Sequence record: PZ166175.1
Source of the DNA: a phage
Direction: 5' to 3' (one strand)
DNA length: 44,735 bases
The translations under genes were made by a program, and so were the position numbers. This document shows positions 15,171 to 24,598 of the stretch, piece by piece; position 1 is the stretch's first letter, and each line of letters opens with the position of its first letter. The notes below the pieces were generated by a model. That model saw only the letters and a program-made list of their open reading frames with translations, was not told where the DNA came from and searched no databases.

Positions 15171-17165
15171 TCAATCCTCCATAGTAAAAGATTTGTTTGC
15201 AATGATATCCTGACCTTTCTGGTTTTTTCTATGGGTCACCCGCAAAGGCTCACGAAATTGACTTGCATTAGTCATAATCATTCTTGCATTACGCAGCCTA
15301 CCTATTCTAAACGCCTCTGCTTTGCTCTGTATGTGAGTCTGACAAAATGCTTTCCACTTAACAGAGCAAACACGATGGTCACTTTCTGGAAAAAATGTTT
15401 CATATGCAATGAACTTCTGACCACTGTGAGCCATGATTTCATAACGGGCGACTATGCCAGTTTGGTTTTTAGTTAATCCAATGCTGAATCCGTAAACCCT
15501 CAACCAATCACCTTGTCGATACATCTTTCCAGACAATTTTGCGTTAGGGTCAATAAGCATTTCTCCGCAGCAGCGGCAGTTTTTAGCGGCGATATCATTC
15601 TTTTCACCGCAACCTTTCTTAATAGTAACTTTTGTCTGCGGGTCCTCTATATCTTCACATAAGCGAAATGTAAAAAAATGCTCACAACGCTTCCCGTCAA
15701 TTACGTTATTGCAACGACGAGCAAAAGGAGAGTTCTCGTAACTACAGGCCGGACATATTCTTGGCTTATCTCCGCCTTTGCGTGAAGACTTAAATTTCTG
15801 GTCCTGCACTTCCTCTATGATTGGGTCAAAGTACAATTCCGCCATGTCATCAAGAGTACCAGCGAAGTCTAGCACCACGTGATCATCCTTAACCATTCCC
15901 ATTTCCTTATGCTTATTCTTAAGAATTCGCATACCTCGCCCCAAAAGCTGAATCAGTAACGTGATGCTACCAACCTTGCGAAGAATTATTGACGTGTCCC
16001 ACGGCGGGACATTGACGCCAGTTGTGAGGCAACCAATCTGAAAGATGAATTTATACTTACCCTCAGATGCATCAGCTAGAATCTCACGACGCTTTTTCTC
16101 ACCTGTAGAGTCAGTTACTATTGCCCAGGTTACACCCTCAGGAAGCGCCTCGGCTGCCTCCTCGCAATGCCGCTTGCCTGAACAAGTTACTAGTGCTGCG
16201 TTACGAGTTTCCATAAACTTGGCTGCGAACTGCATAATCTTTTGCGTCATGGACTGGTTTTGATGAATTTTTTCCTGCATCGCATCCATTTCTTTCTTAC
16301 TAAAGTCTTTCACGCCATCACTACCGTCTGGAACAAACTCGCTAAGGTCGTAACCCAAATCACCAACCTCTCCGTAAACAGTTGGAACCACGAATCCCAA
16401 ATCAACAAGGTAATTTGTTGGAACCTGAATCACAGTTTTTCGCCAGAACCCACGAATGTTTGGATTACTAACGACGATATGATCATTGTTTCGATAAGGG
16501 CTACCAGTGAGGCCGAATATACGAAGCTCCCGCCCGTATTTTTCACGGCAGCGACGCTTCATCTCAGTGATTATTAGCGTGTACTGCGCACGACCAGTAC
16601 CAAGCAATCCAGTATTAACGCCATCCTTAAAAACCATCTCGCCTTTCTTTGTGCTCATTTGTTCAAATGTTTCTTCATTCTCTTCTGCTTCCACGATATC
16701 CATGTGATCGACCATGTGACACTCATCTATAGCTATAACGGCAGGAACATAGTCACCAAGCCCCTTAAATAAGCCATTAGCGGCCGTGCCCTCACTGGCA
16801 ACTATAGTTGGGTAGTAAACTGATTTAACGTTAAGGCCAGCGCAATATACGCTATTACGGATACCAAAATTACGAAGCTCTTCTGAGTTCTGGCTGATTA
16901 TCTCTGACTGGCGAGAAAGAACCATGTAAGGCAAGCCCAATTGCTCCATGCGCTTACCAATCATGGCGAGAATGATTGTCTTACCAGCCGATACGGAAAG
17001 ATCTGCGATAAATGGGGCCTCGTACTTGCCAATAGCCTTTCCGATTGCATCAAATGTAACGCACTGGAACTCGTAAGGGGTTATCTCGCCAAACTGGTAA
17101 TCTTTCTGAATCTGTTTAATTCTTTCTTTATCAAAGTTGGCAACCAGCTTATCGATAGGCAACAT
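15171..17165 (-). CDS. SF2 (DEAD/DExH-type) helicase with C-terminal Cys-rich zinc-ribbon-like region
   Basis: Walker A SVSAGKT, DExH box AIDECHM, Cys cluster CPACSY...RRCNN...CRCCGE. Confidence 0.7.
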   Translation of the reverse strand: MLPIDKLVANFDKERIKQIQKDYQFGEITPYEFQCVTFDAIGKAIGKYEAPFIADLSVSAGKTIILAMIGKRMEQLGLPYMVLSRQSEIISQNSEELRNFGIRNSVYCAGLNVKSVYYPTIVASEGTAANGLFKGLGDYVPAVIAIDECHMVDHMDIVEAEENEETFEQMSTKKGEMVFKDGVNTGLLGTGRAQYTLIITEMKRRCREKYGRELRIFGLTGSPYRNNDHIVVSNPNIRGFWRKTVIQVPTNYLVDLGFVVPTVYGEVGDLGYDLSEFVPDGSDGVKDFSKKEMDAMQEKIHQNQSMTQKIMQFAAKFMETRNAALVTCSGKRHCEEAAEALPEGVTWAIVTDSTGEKKRREILADASEGKYKFIFQIGCLTTGVNVPPWDTSIILRKVGSITLLIQLLGRGMRILKNKHKEMGMVKDDHVVLDFAGTLDDMAELYFDPIIEEVQDQKFKSSRKGGDKPRICPACSYENSPFARRCNNVIDGKRCEHFFTFRLCEDIEDPQTKVTIKKGCGEKNDIAAKNCRCCGEMLIDPNAKLSGKMYRQGDWLRVYGFSIGLTKNQTGIVARYEIMAHSGQKFIAYETFFPESDHRVCSVKWKAFCQTHIQSKAEAFRIGRLRNARMIMTNASQFREPLRVTHRKNQKGQDIIANKSFTMED

Positions 17166-17187
17166 ATCTAAATTCCTGTAAAAATTG

Positions 17188-17218
17188 TCTTGTAGCGTTT
17201 AATTGAGTACAATAATAC
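17188..17218 (+). promoter_or_regulatory. sigma70-like promoter candidate (TTGTCT, 17 bp, TACAAT)
   Basis: read directly upstream of the 17267 gene in the divergent helicase/regulator intergenic region. Confidence 0.35.
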
Positions 17219-17266
17219 CATCAAATAAGGATGACTTTTAACAAAAAATGCTATTGAGGTAATGAA

Positions 17267-17749
17267 ATGAATGCAGTAGACAAGCGAACCATTAACGGCA
17301 ATAACGGAACCATCCGCACCGAAGACAAAAAGAAACGTAAACGACCTTCAGGCTACTACGTTTTAAAAGATGAAGTAAGGGCCGGGCTACGCGCGCGGCT
17401 AGAGATTGTTCTTGATTTCTTCGGCACAAAGGCGAATATCGCAAAGCAGTTAAAGGTAACACCACAGGCCGTAGAAGAATGGTTTAAGCGCGGCATGATT
17501 TCTGCGCGTGGCGCCCAGCTATCGCACAACTACTATAAGCGAAATGGAGAAGGCTTTCGCGCTACATTCTGCCGCCCAGACCTGCAATTCGACGGTAACG
17601 GCAAGCCGCTAACCCTGCGGTGCAAAAAACGTCATATGCTGCGTGTTGTTACTGAGGCCGAATTAGCCACCAAGCCAGAGTGTCGATCATGGCGCAAGAT
17701 TAAGGCCGCTAACGAGGCAGCACGAAAAGCTAAAGAGCAAGGGAAATAG
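17267..17749 (+). CDS. putative DNA-binding protein (HTH)
   Basis: ORF track; segment TKANIAKQLKVTPQAVEEWFKRG resembles an HTH; basic N-terminus. Confidence 0.45.
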   Translation: MNAVDKRTINGNNGTIRTEDKKKRKRPSGYYVLKDEVRAGLRARLEIVLDFFGTKANIAKQLKVTPQAVEEWFKRGMISARGAQLSHNYYKRNGEGFRATFCRPDLQFDGNGKPLTLRCKKRHMLRVVTEAELATKPECRSWRKIKAANEAARKAKEQGK

Positions 17750-17802
17750 CACGAATTGATAAACAGTGGCGCTATACATTGTGTATAGTGCCTTTATTGT
17801 TT
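17745..17802 (+). promoter_or_regulatory. early promoter cassette
   Basis: AAATAGCACGAATTGATAAAC, 22 nt, TATAGT, then RBS GGGGGTAA and ATG at 17803. Confidence 0.5.
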
Positions 17803-18741
17803 ATGGGGGTAACTATGAGTCACCATGATAAGAACGAAGTGATAGCAAAAATGAAGGGAATGTGGAGTGAATTCTACTTGTCTCATTTAGGATGGAACAG
17901 AGAAAATCTTAGCAAGAAGCATGGACCATGCCCGAATTGCGGAGGTCGTGATAGGTTTCGATTCACTGATGAGCTAGGACAAGAAAAAGGAAACGGAGCA
18001 GCAATATGCAACCAGTGCGGAAATGATTCCGGTGTTGGCTGGGTTATGAAATGCTCGGGAATGAGTTATAGCGAAACAATAGATACGCTTGGTGATTGGC
18101 TGAATCTAGTTCCGGTGGAGGTTATATCAAAAGCAAACAAAAGAGCATCAAGAACTTCACCGTATAAGATGGGTGCTCAAATGGATCATGAAAAATGCTG
18201 GGAGATAATGAGGAGAACTGAGGTTGTTGAGTCAAGCCCGCTGACACAGTATGAAGGTATCTACAGCGAGTTTGGTTTTGATGTTGGCAGGACAAAATCA
18301 GGAGAACTAATACACGCACTGCCGTGCTTTATGGCTTATAGTGACGGTATATCAGAAGAAATGTGCAATGTAATGTTTATCAATGAAGAGGGGGATGTTA
18401 GTTATGCTGCAAAAGATTACACTCGCCAGTCTGTTTCTGTTATTGGTTCCTTTAAGGATGATGAGTACGCTTATCTGGTCGATAATTTCATTGACGGCTA
18501 TCGCGTTCATCTTGCTACTGGAAACCGCTGCGTGCTTGTTTGCTACTCCAGTTACAACATGGAAATGGTTGCTTACGCGCTCAAAGATTTCAAGTTAAGA
18601 GTCGCTTGCACTCGCCACGATTTTGATTTACTTGCCGTTGCTGACGATCGCAATCTTGATGTTGTAATGCCAAATGACGATAACCACTTCAAATCAGGAA
18701 TAAGAAAGCGAATATACAAAGCAAGCGAATTACTAGACTAA
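17803..18741 (+). CDS. DNA primase-like protein with N-terminal zinc-binding domain
   Basis: ORF track 17779..18741, start moved to ATG after RBS; motif HGPCPNCGGRDRFRF...CNQCG typical of primase zinc-binding domains. Confidence 0.6.
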   Translation: MGVTMSHHDKNEVIAKMKGMWSEFYLSHLGWNRENLSKKHGPCPNCGGRDRFRFTDELGQEKGNGAAICNQCGNDSGVGWVMKCSGMSYSETIDTLGDWLNLVPVEVISKANKRASRTSPYKMGAQMDHEKCWEIMRRTEVVESSPLTQYEGIYSEFGFDVGRTKSGELIHALPCFMAYSDGISEEMCNVMFINEEGDVSYAAKDYTRQSVSVIGSFKDDEYAYLVDNFIDGYRVHLATGNRCVLVCYSSYNMEMVAYALKDFKLRVACTRHDFDLLAVADDRNLDVVMPNDDNHFKSGIRKRIYKASELLD

Positions 18742-18759
18742 CCTCCTCGGGATGTTTTT

Positions 18760-18825
18760 ATGCCTGAAAGATGATACAATCCAATTTAGCAATTCTTGCT
18801 GTTTTACAAATGGAGACTTTACACA
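18760..18825 (+). promoter_or_regulatory. tail fiber promoter candidate (TGATACAAT) with palindrome TTTAGCAATTCTTGCTGTTTT downstream of the -10
   Basis: extended -10-like TGATACAAT then the cassette-type palindrome between -10 and start codon. Confidence 0.4.
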
Positions 18826-21231
18826 ATGGCAATTTATGACTTAGGAACAGCATCACTAGCTGCAAATGGCGAGGTGACTGGAGTCGGTACGACATGGAAA
18901 GCACCACTCACTCTAATTCGAGTTGGTGCAACTATTGTATTTAAAACTGAGCCAGTTAAGATTTATACTATCTCTGAAATTATCAGCGACACTCAGATTA
19001 ATGTTTATAACCCTAATTCTGAAACTGTTCCTGCTGGGACTGGTTACGCGATTCTTGCTCACGATGGAATTACAGTTCAGGGGTTGGCTCAGGATGTTGC
19101 AGAAACCCTTCGTTACTATCAGTCGCGTGAAACAGAAGTTGCAGATGCTGTTGATGCATTTAACAATTTTGACTCTGCTGATTTTAAATCAAAGGTAACG
19201 CAGGTAAACACGCAGTACGGTGATGTTGTTACGATTGCAGAACAGGTAAACACGAAGTACGGTGATATTGTTACGATTGCAGAACAGGTTTCAAGTGATG
19301 CATCATCATCACAAATTAACGCCACCAATGCATCATCTTCCGCCGATAGAGCACAAGCAGCGGCAAACTCCGTGTCTGGATCATTAACTTTAAACTTCTC
19401 AGATGGAGGAACGGTAGAGTCTAAAAATCAGCAGGTTTTATACATCAATGGAAGTGATGTTAAGTCTTATGTCTGGACTGGGTCATTCCCGAAGACGATT
19501 CCAGCTGGCTCAACCCCAGATAGCGCAGGTGGTGTTGGTGCTTACTCATGGGTCAAGATTTATGACTCAAACCTGTTTGATTACGATGGTTTAAGTTCAA
19601 TCGGTAAGGTTAAATCAGTTTCAGAGTTATCTTGTTTGTCAGGTGAGATTGGTATTACTACGATTGAGCTAGAGTCTTATGTGGCTGGATTCAACCTAGG
19701 CGGTGGTACTCTTATCGCGTCAGATGCATCACTTCAGGTTAATAATGTAACTGTTTTTTCAGGGGACGGCGTCACATGGAGCCGTAAACTTAACGGTAGA
19801 AGAGCAACAGTATATGATGCTGGTTACACTGGTGATGGTGATATAGCTGCGGCAATAAACTCAGTAAACATGGCTGGCCTTGACTGCGTTGTTCCTGTAG
19901 ATGGCCTTGTGCAATCACAGATAAACATCGACGTATCAAGAGGTTCATTGATAGGCGAGAACAAGTGCAATATTAAAGAGTCCCCTGGTGCTGTTGGTGA
20001 ATATTTCGTAAACATATTCAACTCAAATACTGATTATGTTGATAGAGACTCGATATCATCAACATCATTGATATCTGGGATTTCATTTACTGGCCTTGGA
20101 GCACGCAAGTTCTGTGTAGGTGGATCAACATCAGGTGAGACTGGCGAATTAAGAATCGAGAACTGCGGAATCATATCAACTGGTGGAATTGAGTTCTTAG
20201 ACAACTCATATAGGATTCTTTTTGATAAGTGCGCAATAAGCAGGAGTTTTAATGAGACAATAACTTTTAGGTCGAGAGCTAACTCTGGTGAAGTTATGAA
20301 GTTTAATCACTGCTGGATTGTAGATAACGGAGGCCCAATCACCTTTGAGAATGGTCAGTTTATTTTTGATTCATGCTCGTTACCGGCAGGTAAAAAGAGT
20401 GGCTATTTTGACCCCACAGTAAGTCTGCACGATAACGCGACGGTAGTTTTCTCAAATGGAAATATAGAGTATCAGCCAGGTCAGAACTTCGTATCATTCC
20501 TGGTCACGGGAAGTTCGAGATTAAGCATAAAAGACACCACCATTCTTGTTCCGGATGGTTTTACGTCTGTTCCAATCGTAAGTAATGATGATGGCGTTGT
20601 AATCTTGAATAATTGTTCGCTTCCTCTATACGGAAGTACCACAATTGCTTCTGGTTTCCAAGCAAGGCAAGTTGTCGGCGGGTCTAGTAAAAAGGTTATC
20701 GCGAGAGGGTGCTTTCCGAGGGCTGGATTCCCTGTTAGTGATTGGAGCAAGGGATCAATTGTTAGCCCTTACATTAACAGCTTAAGCAATGGCAGCGGAC
20801 AGTTTCAGAATACTTCCAACTGGTCACTGTCGCAAACTTCTTCTGGATCGGTTACTGCCTCTATTGTCTCGCAGGTGCCCACAGGTATAACTGCTCAGTT
20901 TGATAGGTCATTCCTTTTGAATGTACCTGACTTAAACTCATCAGCGAACTTTACCACTAATGCTTATGATTGCGAGCCGGGTAGATACTTCCAGTTCGGA
21001 TTTTGGGCCATGAACACAACAAAAACATTAGCAAGTATTAGATTTTTAGATATTTCTGGTAATGCTGTTGAGGAATCTGTAGGTTACTACATACCGAAAG
21101 GTGGTATCTTCTCTTTTTACGCTCTTATATCAACGGTTCCCCAGGGTGCATATAGAGCCGAGATAAACTTTAACGTAGGACCATCCACTGGCTACCTTAT
21201 GTTACACAATGTTATTTATGGATTGATTTAA
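18826..21231 (+). CDS. tail fiber protein (putative)
   Basis: ORF track 18796..21231, start moved to MAIYDLGTASLA...; long Ser/Thr/Gly/Asn-rich protein; internal tandem duplication. Confidence 0.6.
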   Translation: MAIYDLGTASLAANGEVTGVGTTWKAPLTLIRVGATIVFKTEPVKIYTISEIISDTQINVYNPNSETVPAGTGYAILAHDGITVQGLAQDVAETLRYYQSRETEVADAVDAFNNFDSADFKSKVTQVNTQYGDVVTIAEQVNTKYGDIVTIAEQVSSDASSSQINATNASSSADRAQAAANSVSGSLTLNFSDGGTVESKNQQVLYINGSDVKSYVWTGSFPKTIPAGSTPDSAGGVGAYSWVKIYDSNLFDYDGLSSIGKVKSVSELSCLSGEIGITTIELESYVAGFNLGGGTLIASDASLQVNNVTVFSGDGVTWSRKLNGRRATVYDAGYTGDGDIAAAINSVNMAGLDCVVPVDGLVQSQINIDVSRGSLIGENKCNIKESPGAVGEYFVNIFNSNTDYVDRDSISSTSLISGISFTGLGARKFCVGGSTSGETGELRIENCGIISTGGIEFLDNSYRILFDKCAISRSFNETITFRSRANSGEVMKFNHCWIVDNGGPITFENGQFIFDSCSLPAGKKSGYFDPTVSLHDNATVVFSNGNIEYQPGQNFVSFLVTGSSRLSIKDTTILVPDGFTSVPIVSNDDGVVILNNCSLPLYGSTTIASGFQARQVVGGSSKKVIARGCFPRAGFPVSDWSKGSIVSPYINSLSNGSGQFQNTSNWSLSQTSSGSVTASIVSQVPTGITAQFDRSFLLNVPDLNSSANFTTNAYDCEPGRYFQFGFWAMNTTKTLASIRFLDISGNAVEESVGYYIPKGGIFSFYALISTVPQGAYRAEINFNVGPSTGYLMLHNVIYGLI
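19201..19284 (+). repeat. 42-bp tandem duplication (x2) inside the tail fiber gene
   Basis: caggtaaacacgcagtacggtgatgttgttacgattgcagaa repeated with 2 mismatches; encodes QVNTQYGDVVTIAE / QVNTKYGDIVTIAE. Confidence 0.85.
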
Positions 21232-21235
21232 CCAA

Positions 21236-21266
21236 ACAAAAAAGGCCCCGAAAGGGGCCTTATCTT
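21236..21266. terminator. bidirectional rho-independent terminator between tail fiber and SSB
   Basis: AGGCCCC-gaaa-GGGGCCT hairpin flanked by A-run and T-rich tract. Confidence 0.6.
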
Positions 21267-21679
21267 TAGAACGGTATATCGTCTTCGAATTGTTTTTGTT
21301 GTTGTGGATTTTGCTGTTGTTGCTGTTGCTGTTGCTGTGTCTGCTGCTGCCCCGCAGTGTCACCACGCTGACTGAATTCAAGTCTCGGGTTGTTCATGTT
21401 GATTGTTACATAAGTCTTACCATCTTTATCTCGAACATCTACAGCCAGGCTTTCAGCGCTAACGCTAACAACCTTACCCTCTTGAAATGCCTCGTTGTAC
21501 CAATCTAACATTGACTCTTTCGCGAAAAAGACGGCGCGATAGTTACTATACTGAGTCTGACCATCTTTATCCTTGTATCGCTCACTCAAATCAACCGCAA
21601 ACATTTTCCAGCTACCATTTGCGTTCTGACCTTCTTTGGTGAATGGGGCGCGGCGAATCTGACCAGTAATTACGTGCAT
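21266..21679 (-). CDS. ssb: single-stranded DNA-binding protein with polyQ linker
   Basis: acidic C-terminal tail FEDDIPF; Gln-rich linker QQQTQQQQQQQQQNPQQQ; sits next to ERF-like gene. Confidence 0.65.
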   Translation of the reverse strand: MHVITGQIRRAPFTKEGQNANGSWKMFAVDLSERYKDKDGQTQYSNYRAVFFAKESMLDWYNEAFQEGKVVSVSAESLAVDVRDKDGKTYVTINMNNPRLEFSQRGDTAGQQQTQQQQQQQQQNPQQQKQFEDDIPF

Positions 21680-21699
21680 ATTTTATCTCTCTGTTGCTT

Positions 21700-21718
21700 G
21701 GGGCCTAAGCCCCGTTAA
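21700..21718 (-). repeat. conserved 19-nt hairpin element GGGGCCTAAGCCCCGTTAA, copy 1
   Basis: identical 19-mer at 31966..31984; both sit between a stop codon and the next RBS. Confidence 0.7.
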
Positions 21719-21720
21719 AT

Positions 21721-22371
21721 TTAAAATGTGTCGATTTGTTGTGATTCTACTTCAATCCTTTCTTCAGGATTACTTTTTTCTGCGACTTTCTTTGGTGTTG
21801 CTGGGTTGAAGCCAGTTGCTGCGTTTGCTTCGATTTCTGCCTTTCGCGCGATAATGTGTGGTTCAAAAACCTTCCATCCTGCCGCATCGAGAGATTGCTT
21901 TGCCTCCTTCCATACGTTACGAAGCTCATCAAGAGTGTTGCACTTCTCAAGTTCTCGTTTGAAGTCTTTAACACCTTTGGCTGCAAGATTGCCATCGTCA
22001 TCTGCCTGGCTAAGCCCTAATGCTGCCGTGATGCCGTAACGTCTTGCGTATGTTAAAGCCGAGCCGTAACCTTGTGCATCATTCTTGCTGATTGGGACAA
22101 TCATTAAGAAGCTAACCCATTCTCCAGATTCTGCATGAAACAGCTTTGTCTCAACCTTCATGCGGTTTGTTTGATCATCATCCAGGACGCTCTGGAACAT
22201 AACCAAACCGCACTCATCAAGTCCTGGCTCAACGGCCGCCAATACGTCTTCTAGGGTGGCGTATTTGTTCTTGAGGTGCGAGTTCTGCTTTGACTTTTCA
22301 GCCTTCGCAAATAGCGATTTAGCAGTGTGCAGCGCGTTTAAAATTGATTTGCATGACTCTGAAATTTGCAT
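21721..22371 (-). CDS. ERF-family single-strand annealing protein (putative)
   Basis: motif GSALTYARRYG; flanked by SSB and exonuclease genes. Confidence 0.55.
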   Translation of the reverse strand: MQISESCKSILNALHTAKSLFAKAEKSKQNSHLKNKYATLEDVLAAVEPGLDECGLVMFQSVLDDDQTNRMKVETKLFHAESGEWVSFLMIVPISKNDAQGYGSALTYARRYGITAALGLSQADDDGNLAAKGVKDFKRELEKCNTLDELRNVWKEAKQSLDAAGWKVFEPHIIARKAEIEANAATGFNPATPKKVAEKSNPEERIEVESQQIDTF

Positions 22372-22384
22372 CTTTCATCCTATT

Positions 22385-22584
22385 TTAAATGTATGGTAAT
22401 TCCGCAAAATGAGTGACATCTTCGTTATTTATATTACTATCTCTCTCTGACCAACTACACCAATCGTCGCCATCAAACCACTTTATTTCAACATTATCCC
22501 CGTCAGTTACAAGGTAATCTTTGAACAAATCAATTTCTTTTTCATTAACATTAAACCACTCAACCGTATTAATTACACTCATTT
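22385..22584 (-). CDS. hypothetical protein
   Basis: ORF track 22385..22618; start moved to MSVINTVEWF... after GAGG because the cassette box lies in the longer ORF. Confidence 0.45.
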
Positions 22585-22665
22585 TGCTAACCTCGCTCGT
22601 TGTTGATTGGGTAATCATACCACAACTTTTAATTTCGTCTTTAGCAATTCGTGCTATTTATATTT
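22585..22665 (-). promoter_or_regulatory. early promoter cassette
   Basis: minus sense: AAATAGCACGAATTGCTAAAG, 22 nt, TATGAT, TACCCAATC. Confidence 0.5.
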
Positions 22666-23623
22666 CTTTATATTGTTTTAATGCCCACTCAGGAACAAAT
22701 AGCTCTTGCTCTGTAATGCCATTAGAGTACCCTGGCCAGATATCTAGCTCCTTACACTTCTTGTAAGTAGCCAGCGCCTCAAGATACTGAAGACGGCCGA
22801 TTCTTAGCTGTTCGTCAGTTAGGGTGTACAGCATTGGTAAGTATGGCTCCACCTTCTCCTGTGCCAGCAACCCTACAGCAACCTTGCGCTTCTCGTTGAA
22901 TGCTTTCACAAACAGATCTCTCTGAAGAGCCATTTTTGCAAGGTATCCGTGCGAGAATGCCGATTTACCGAATCCTTCCGGGCTTGCGTCTGCGGTCGTT
23001 TTGTAATCTGTCAGCTTGACTATGCCATCAACAACGTCAACGTGGTCAATTCGAATCTTCACGCCGACACCAAGAATCTCACCGAATATTGATAGCTCTT
23101 TTTGTGCTGTCTCACTATTCACGATTGCATTATATGCAGGTATATTGCAAAGAACCTCACGCATAGCCACAACTTTATCGTAGTCAGCGGCACTAACTAG
23201 CTCCTTACCCTCCACAAGCGCTTGAGCGCTCTCCTGCTGCTCAATTAGCCATTTAACAGGCCAATCCTCACCAGAACGGTACATCATCTCCACGAGCTCG
23301 CTATAGCCCTTCCCGGACGTGCCGGCTACGCCAACTTTTTTAAGTGCTGACGATAATCCGGCCTGGCTTGTAATTAATCCTTCAATCGTGTCAAGGTCTG
23401 TTGCTCGCAAATATTCCCTATCAAATACGTCTTGCTCAAGAATCATGCAGTGGCTAAGGGTTCCAAACTTAAGCGCCTTGCTATCATTGTTTCGCTGCTT
23501 AAACTTCCACTTAGCTGGGGATCCCTGGATAATCTCGACAAGTGAGGAGCCAGAGATGTGATCAGTTTCAGCGTGATAAGCCTCGTTACTTAGCTCCTCT
23601 CGCGTAAAAACTTTAAAGCTCAT
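22658..23623 (-). CDS. PD-(D/E)XK recombination exonuclease (putative)
   Basis: 321-aa ORF; motif IDHVDVVDGIVKLTDYKT; paired with ERF and SSB. Confidence 0.5.
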   Translation of the reverse strand: MSFKVFTREELSNEAYHAETDHISGSSLVEIIQGSPAKWKFKQRNNDSKALKFGTLSHCMILEQDVFDREYLRATDLDTIEGLITSQAGLSSALKKVGVAGTSGKGYSELVEMMYRSGEDWPVKWLIEQQESAQALVEGKELVSAADYDKVVAMREVLCNIPAYNAIVNSETAQKELSIFGEILGVGVKIRIDHVDVVDGIVKLTDYKTTADASPEGFGKSAFSHGYLAKMALQRDLFVKAFNEKRKVAVGLLAQEKVEPYLPMLYTLTDEQLRIGRLQYLEALATYKKCKELDIWPGYSNGITEQELFVPEWALKQYKEI

Positions 23624-23626
23624 ATC

Positions 23627-23822
23627 CTATTCCTTAACCTTAACTACTTTAACAGATTTCATATCTTCCTCAGTAAAGTACCCGGTCAGCACATCGAGGG
23701 CTTCCTCTTTAGTATCGAATCTATCAGCTTCATTCTTATCTGTTGTGTAACCGGCCGGGCCACCAAAATAGCAATCGCCGAACAGTGCGTTGTTTTTCTC
23801 TTTGATAATGTAGTAGGTCATT
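23627..23822 (-). CDS. hypothetical protein
   Basis: ORF track 23627..23956; start moved to MTYYIIKEK... downstream of TATATAGTTAACCCATCGAAAT. Confidence 0.4.
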
Positions 23823-23824
23823 TC

Positions 23825-23900
23825 CGTGTCTCTCTGGTTGTTTGATTTCGATGGGTTAACTATATATTCGGCGAAGTAGCCAGTCCAATTGGTTTTGCCA
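23825..23900 (-). promoter_or_regulatory. degenerate early promoter cassette
   Basis: minus sense: TTGGCAAAACCAATTGG, spacer, TATATAGTTAACCCATCGAAA; upstream palindrome differs from consensus. Confidence 0.35.
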
Positions 23901-24143
23901 ATCGTTGACTTAAGTTTACGTGTTAATACCTTGTAATTCCGCGTAGGCATTGCCACTAGTTACGTTTCTTGGCATCTCAGCCCAGCTATAGCTCAATGTA
24001 ACCATCGTGTATATCGTGTATACCGTTTCTTGCAGAGGTGCATTGGTATAGCTGTCACGCAATACTGTATAAATCAACATGATATTGAAATTATAACCGG
24101 AACACTCTATAGAAGTAGTTACATGATATACACAGTAATATAT

Positions 24144-24158
24144 ATAATAATAATAATA
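24144..24158. repeat. (ATA)5 microsatellite inside the block paralogous to 6267..6337
   Basis: ataataataataata read directly. Confidence 0.8.
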
Positions 24159-24283
24159 AGAGTAAAAGGTTGATATATATAGATATTTTAATGTAACCAA
24201 TGCGTAACTAGGCGTAACAGGGCGTATATCATTTTTCGCGGATTAGATTGCATACATCGAGTTACATCGGTTACGTGTATGCA

Positions 24284-24367
24284 ATAGCACGAATAGCTAA
24301 AGACATTCCGCAGAGACAGCTGTATTATTACCACGTCGAAACTAAGCAACTTAACAAGGAATGCAAG
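24284..24367 (+). promoter_or_regulatory. early promoter cassette
   Basis: AATAGCACGAATAGCTAAAG, 23 nt, TATTAT, TACCACGTCGAAAC, AAGGAA, ATG. Confidence 0.45.
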
Positions 24368-24598
24368 ATGACTAACTTAATTAAATCAGCAATCATTGCC
24401 GCGGCAACAATCATGATGGTAGGTTGTTCTTCTGGCCCTCGCCCTGATGGTTGGTGCGCAACGTCCTCAAACGGCGTGTGCGTAGCTAAATGGAAAGGTG
24501 GCGTAGTTGTTCCGGCTGGTGAAATTGACATTCGCTACGATGGAATTAAAGGCTCCGGTGGCTCCGTTCGTGATTATGGCTCTAAGGAGTGGAATTAA
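24368..24598 (+). CDS. outer-membrane lipoprotein, Cor-like superinfection exclusion candidate
   Basis: ORF track 24248..24598 with start moved to ATG after RBS; signal peptide with lipobox MVGC; 76 aa. Confidence 0.5.
   Translation: MTNLIKSAIIAAATIMMVGCSSGPRPDGWCATSSNGVCVAKWKGGVVVPAGEIDIRYDGIKGSGGSVRDYGSKEWN

Noticed and set aside
21290-21508. 72-aa plus-strand ORF with poly-Leu
   Set aside because: Antisense translation of the CAG/CAA tract in the SSB gene.
23916-24200. 94-aa minus-strand ORF with poly-Tyr segment
   Set aside because: Artifact of translating the (ATA)n microsatellite in control region B.
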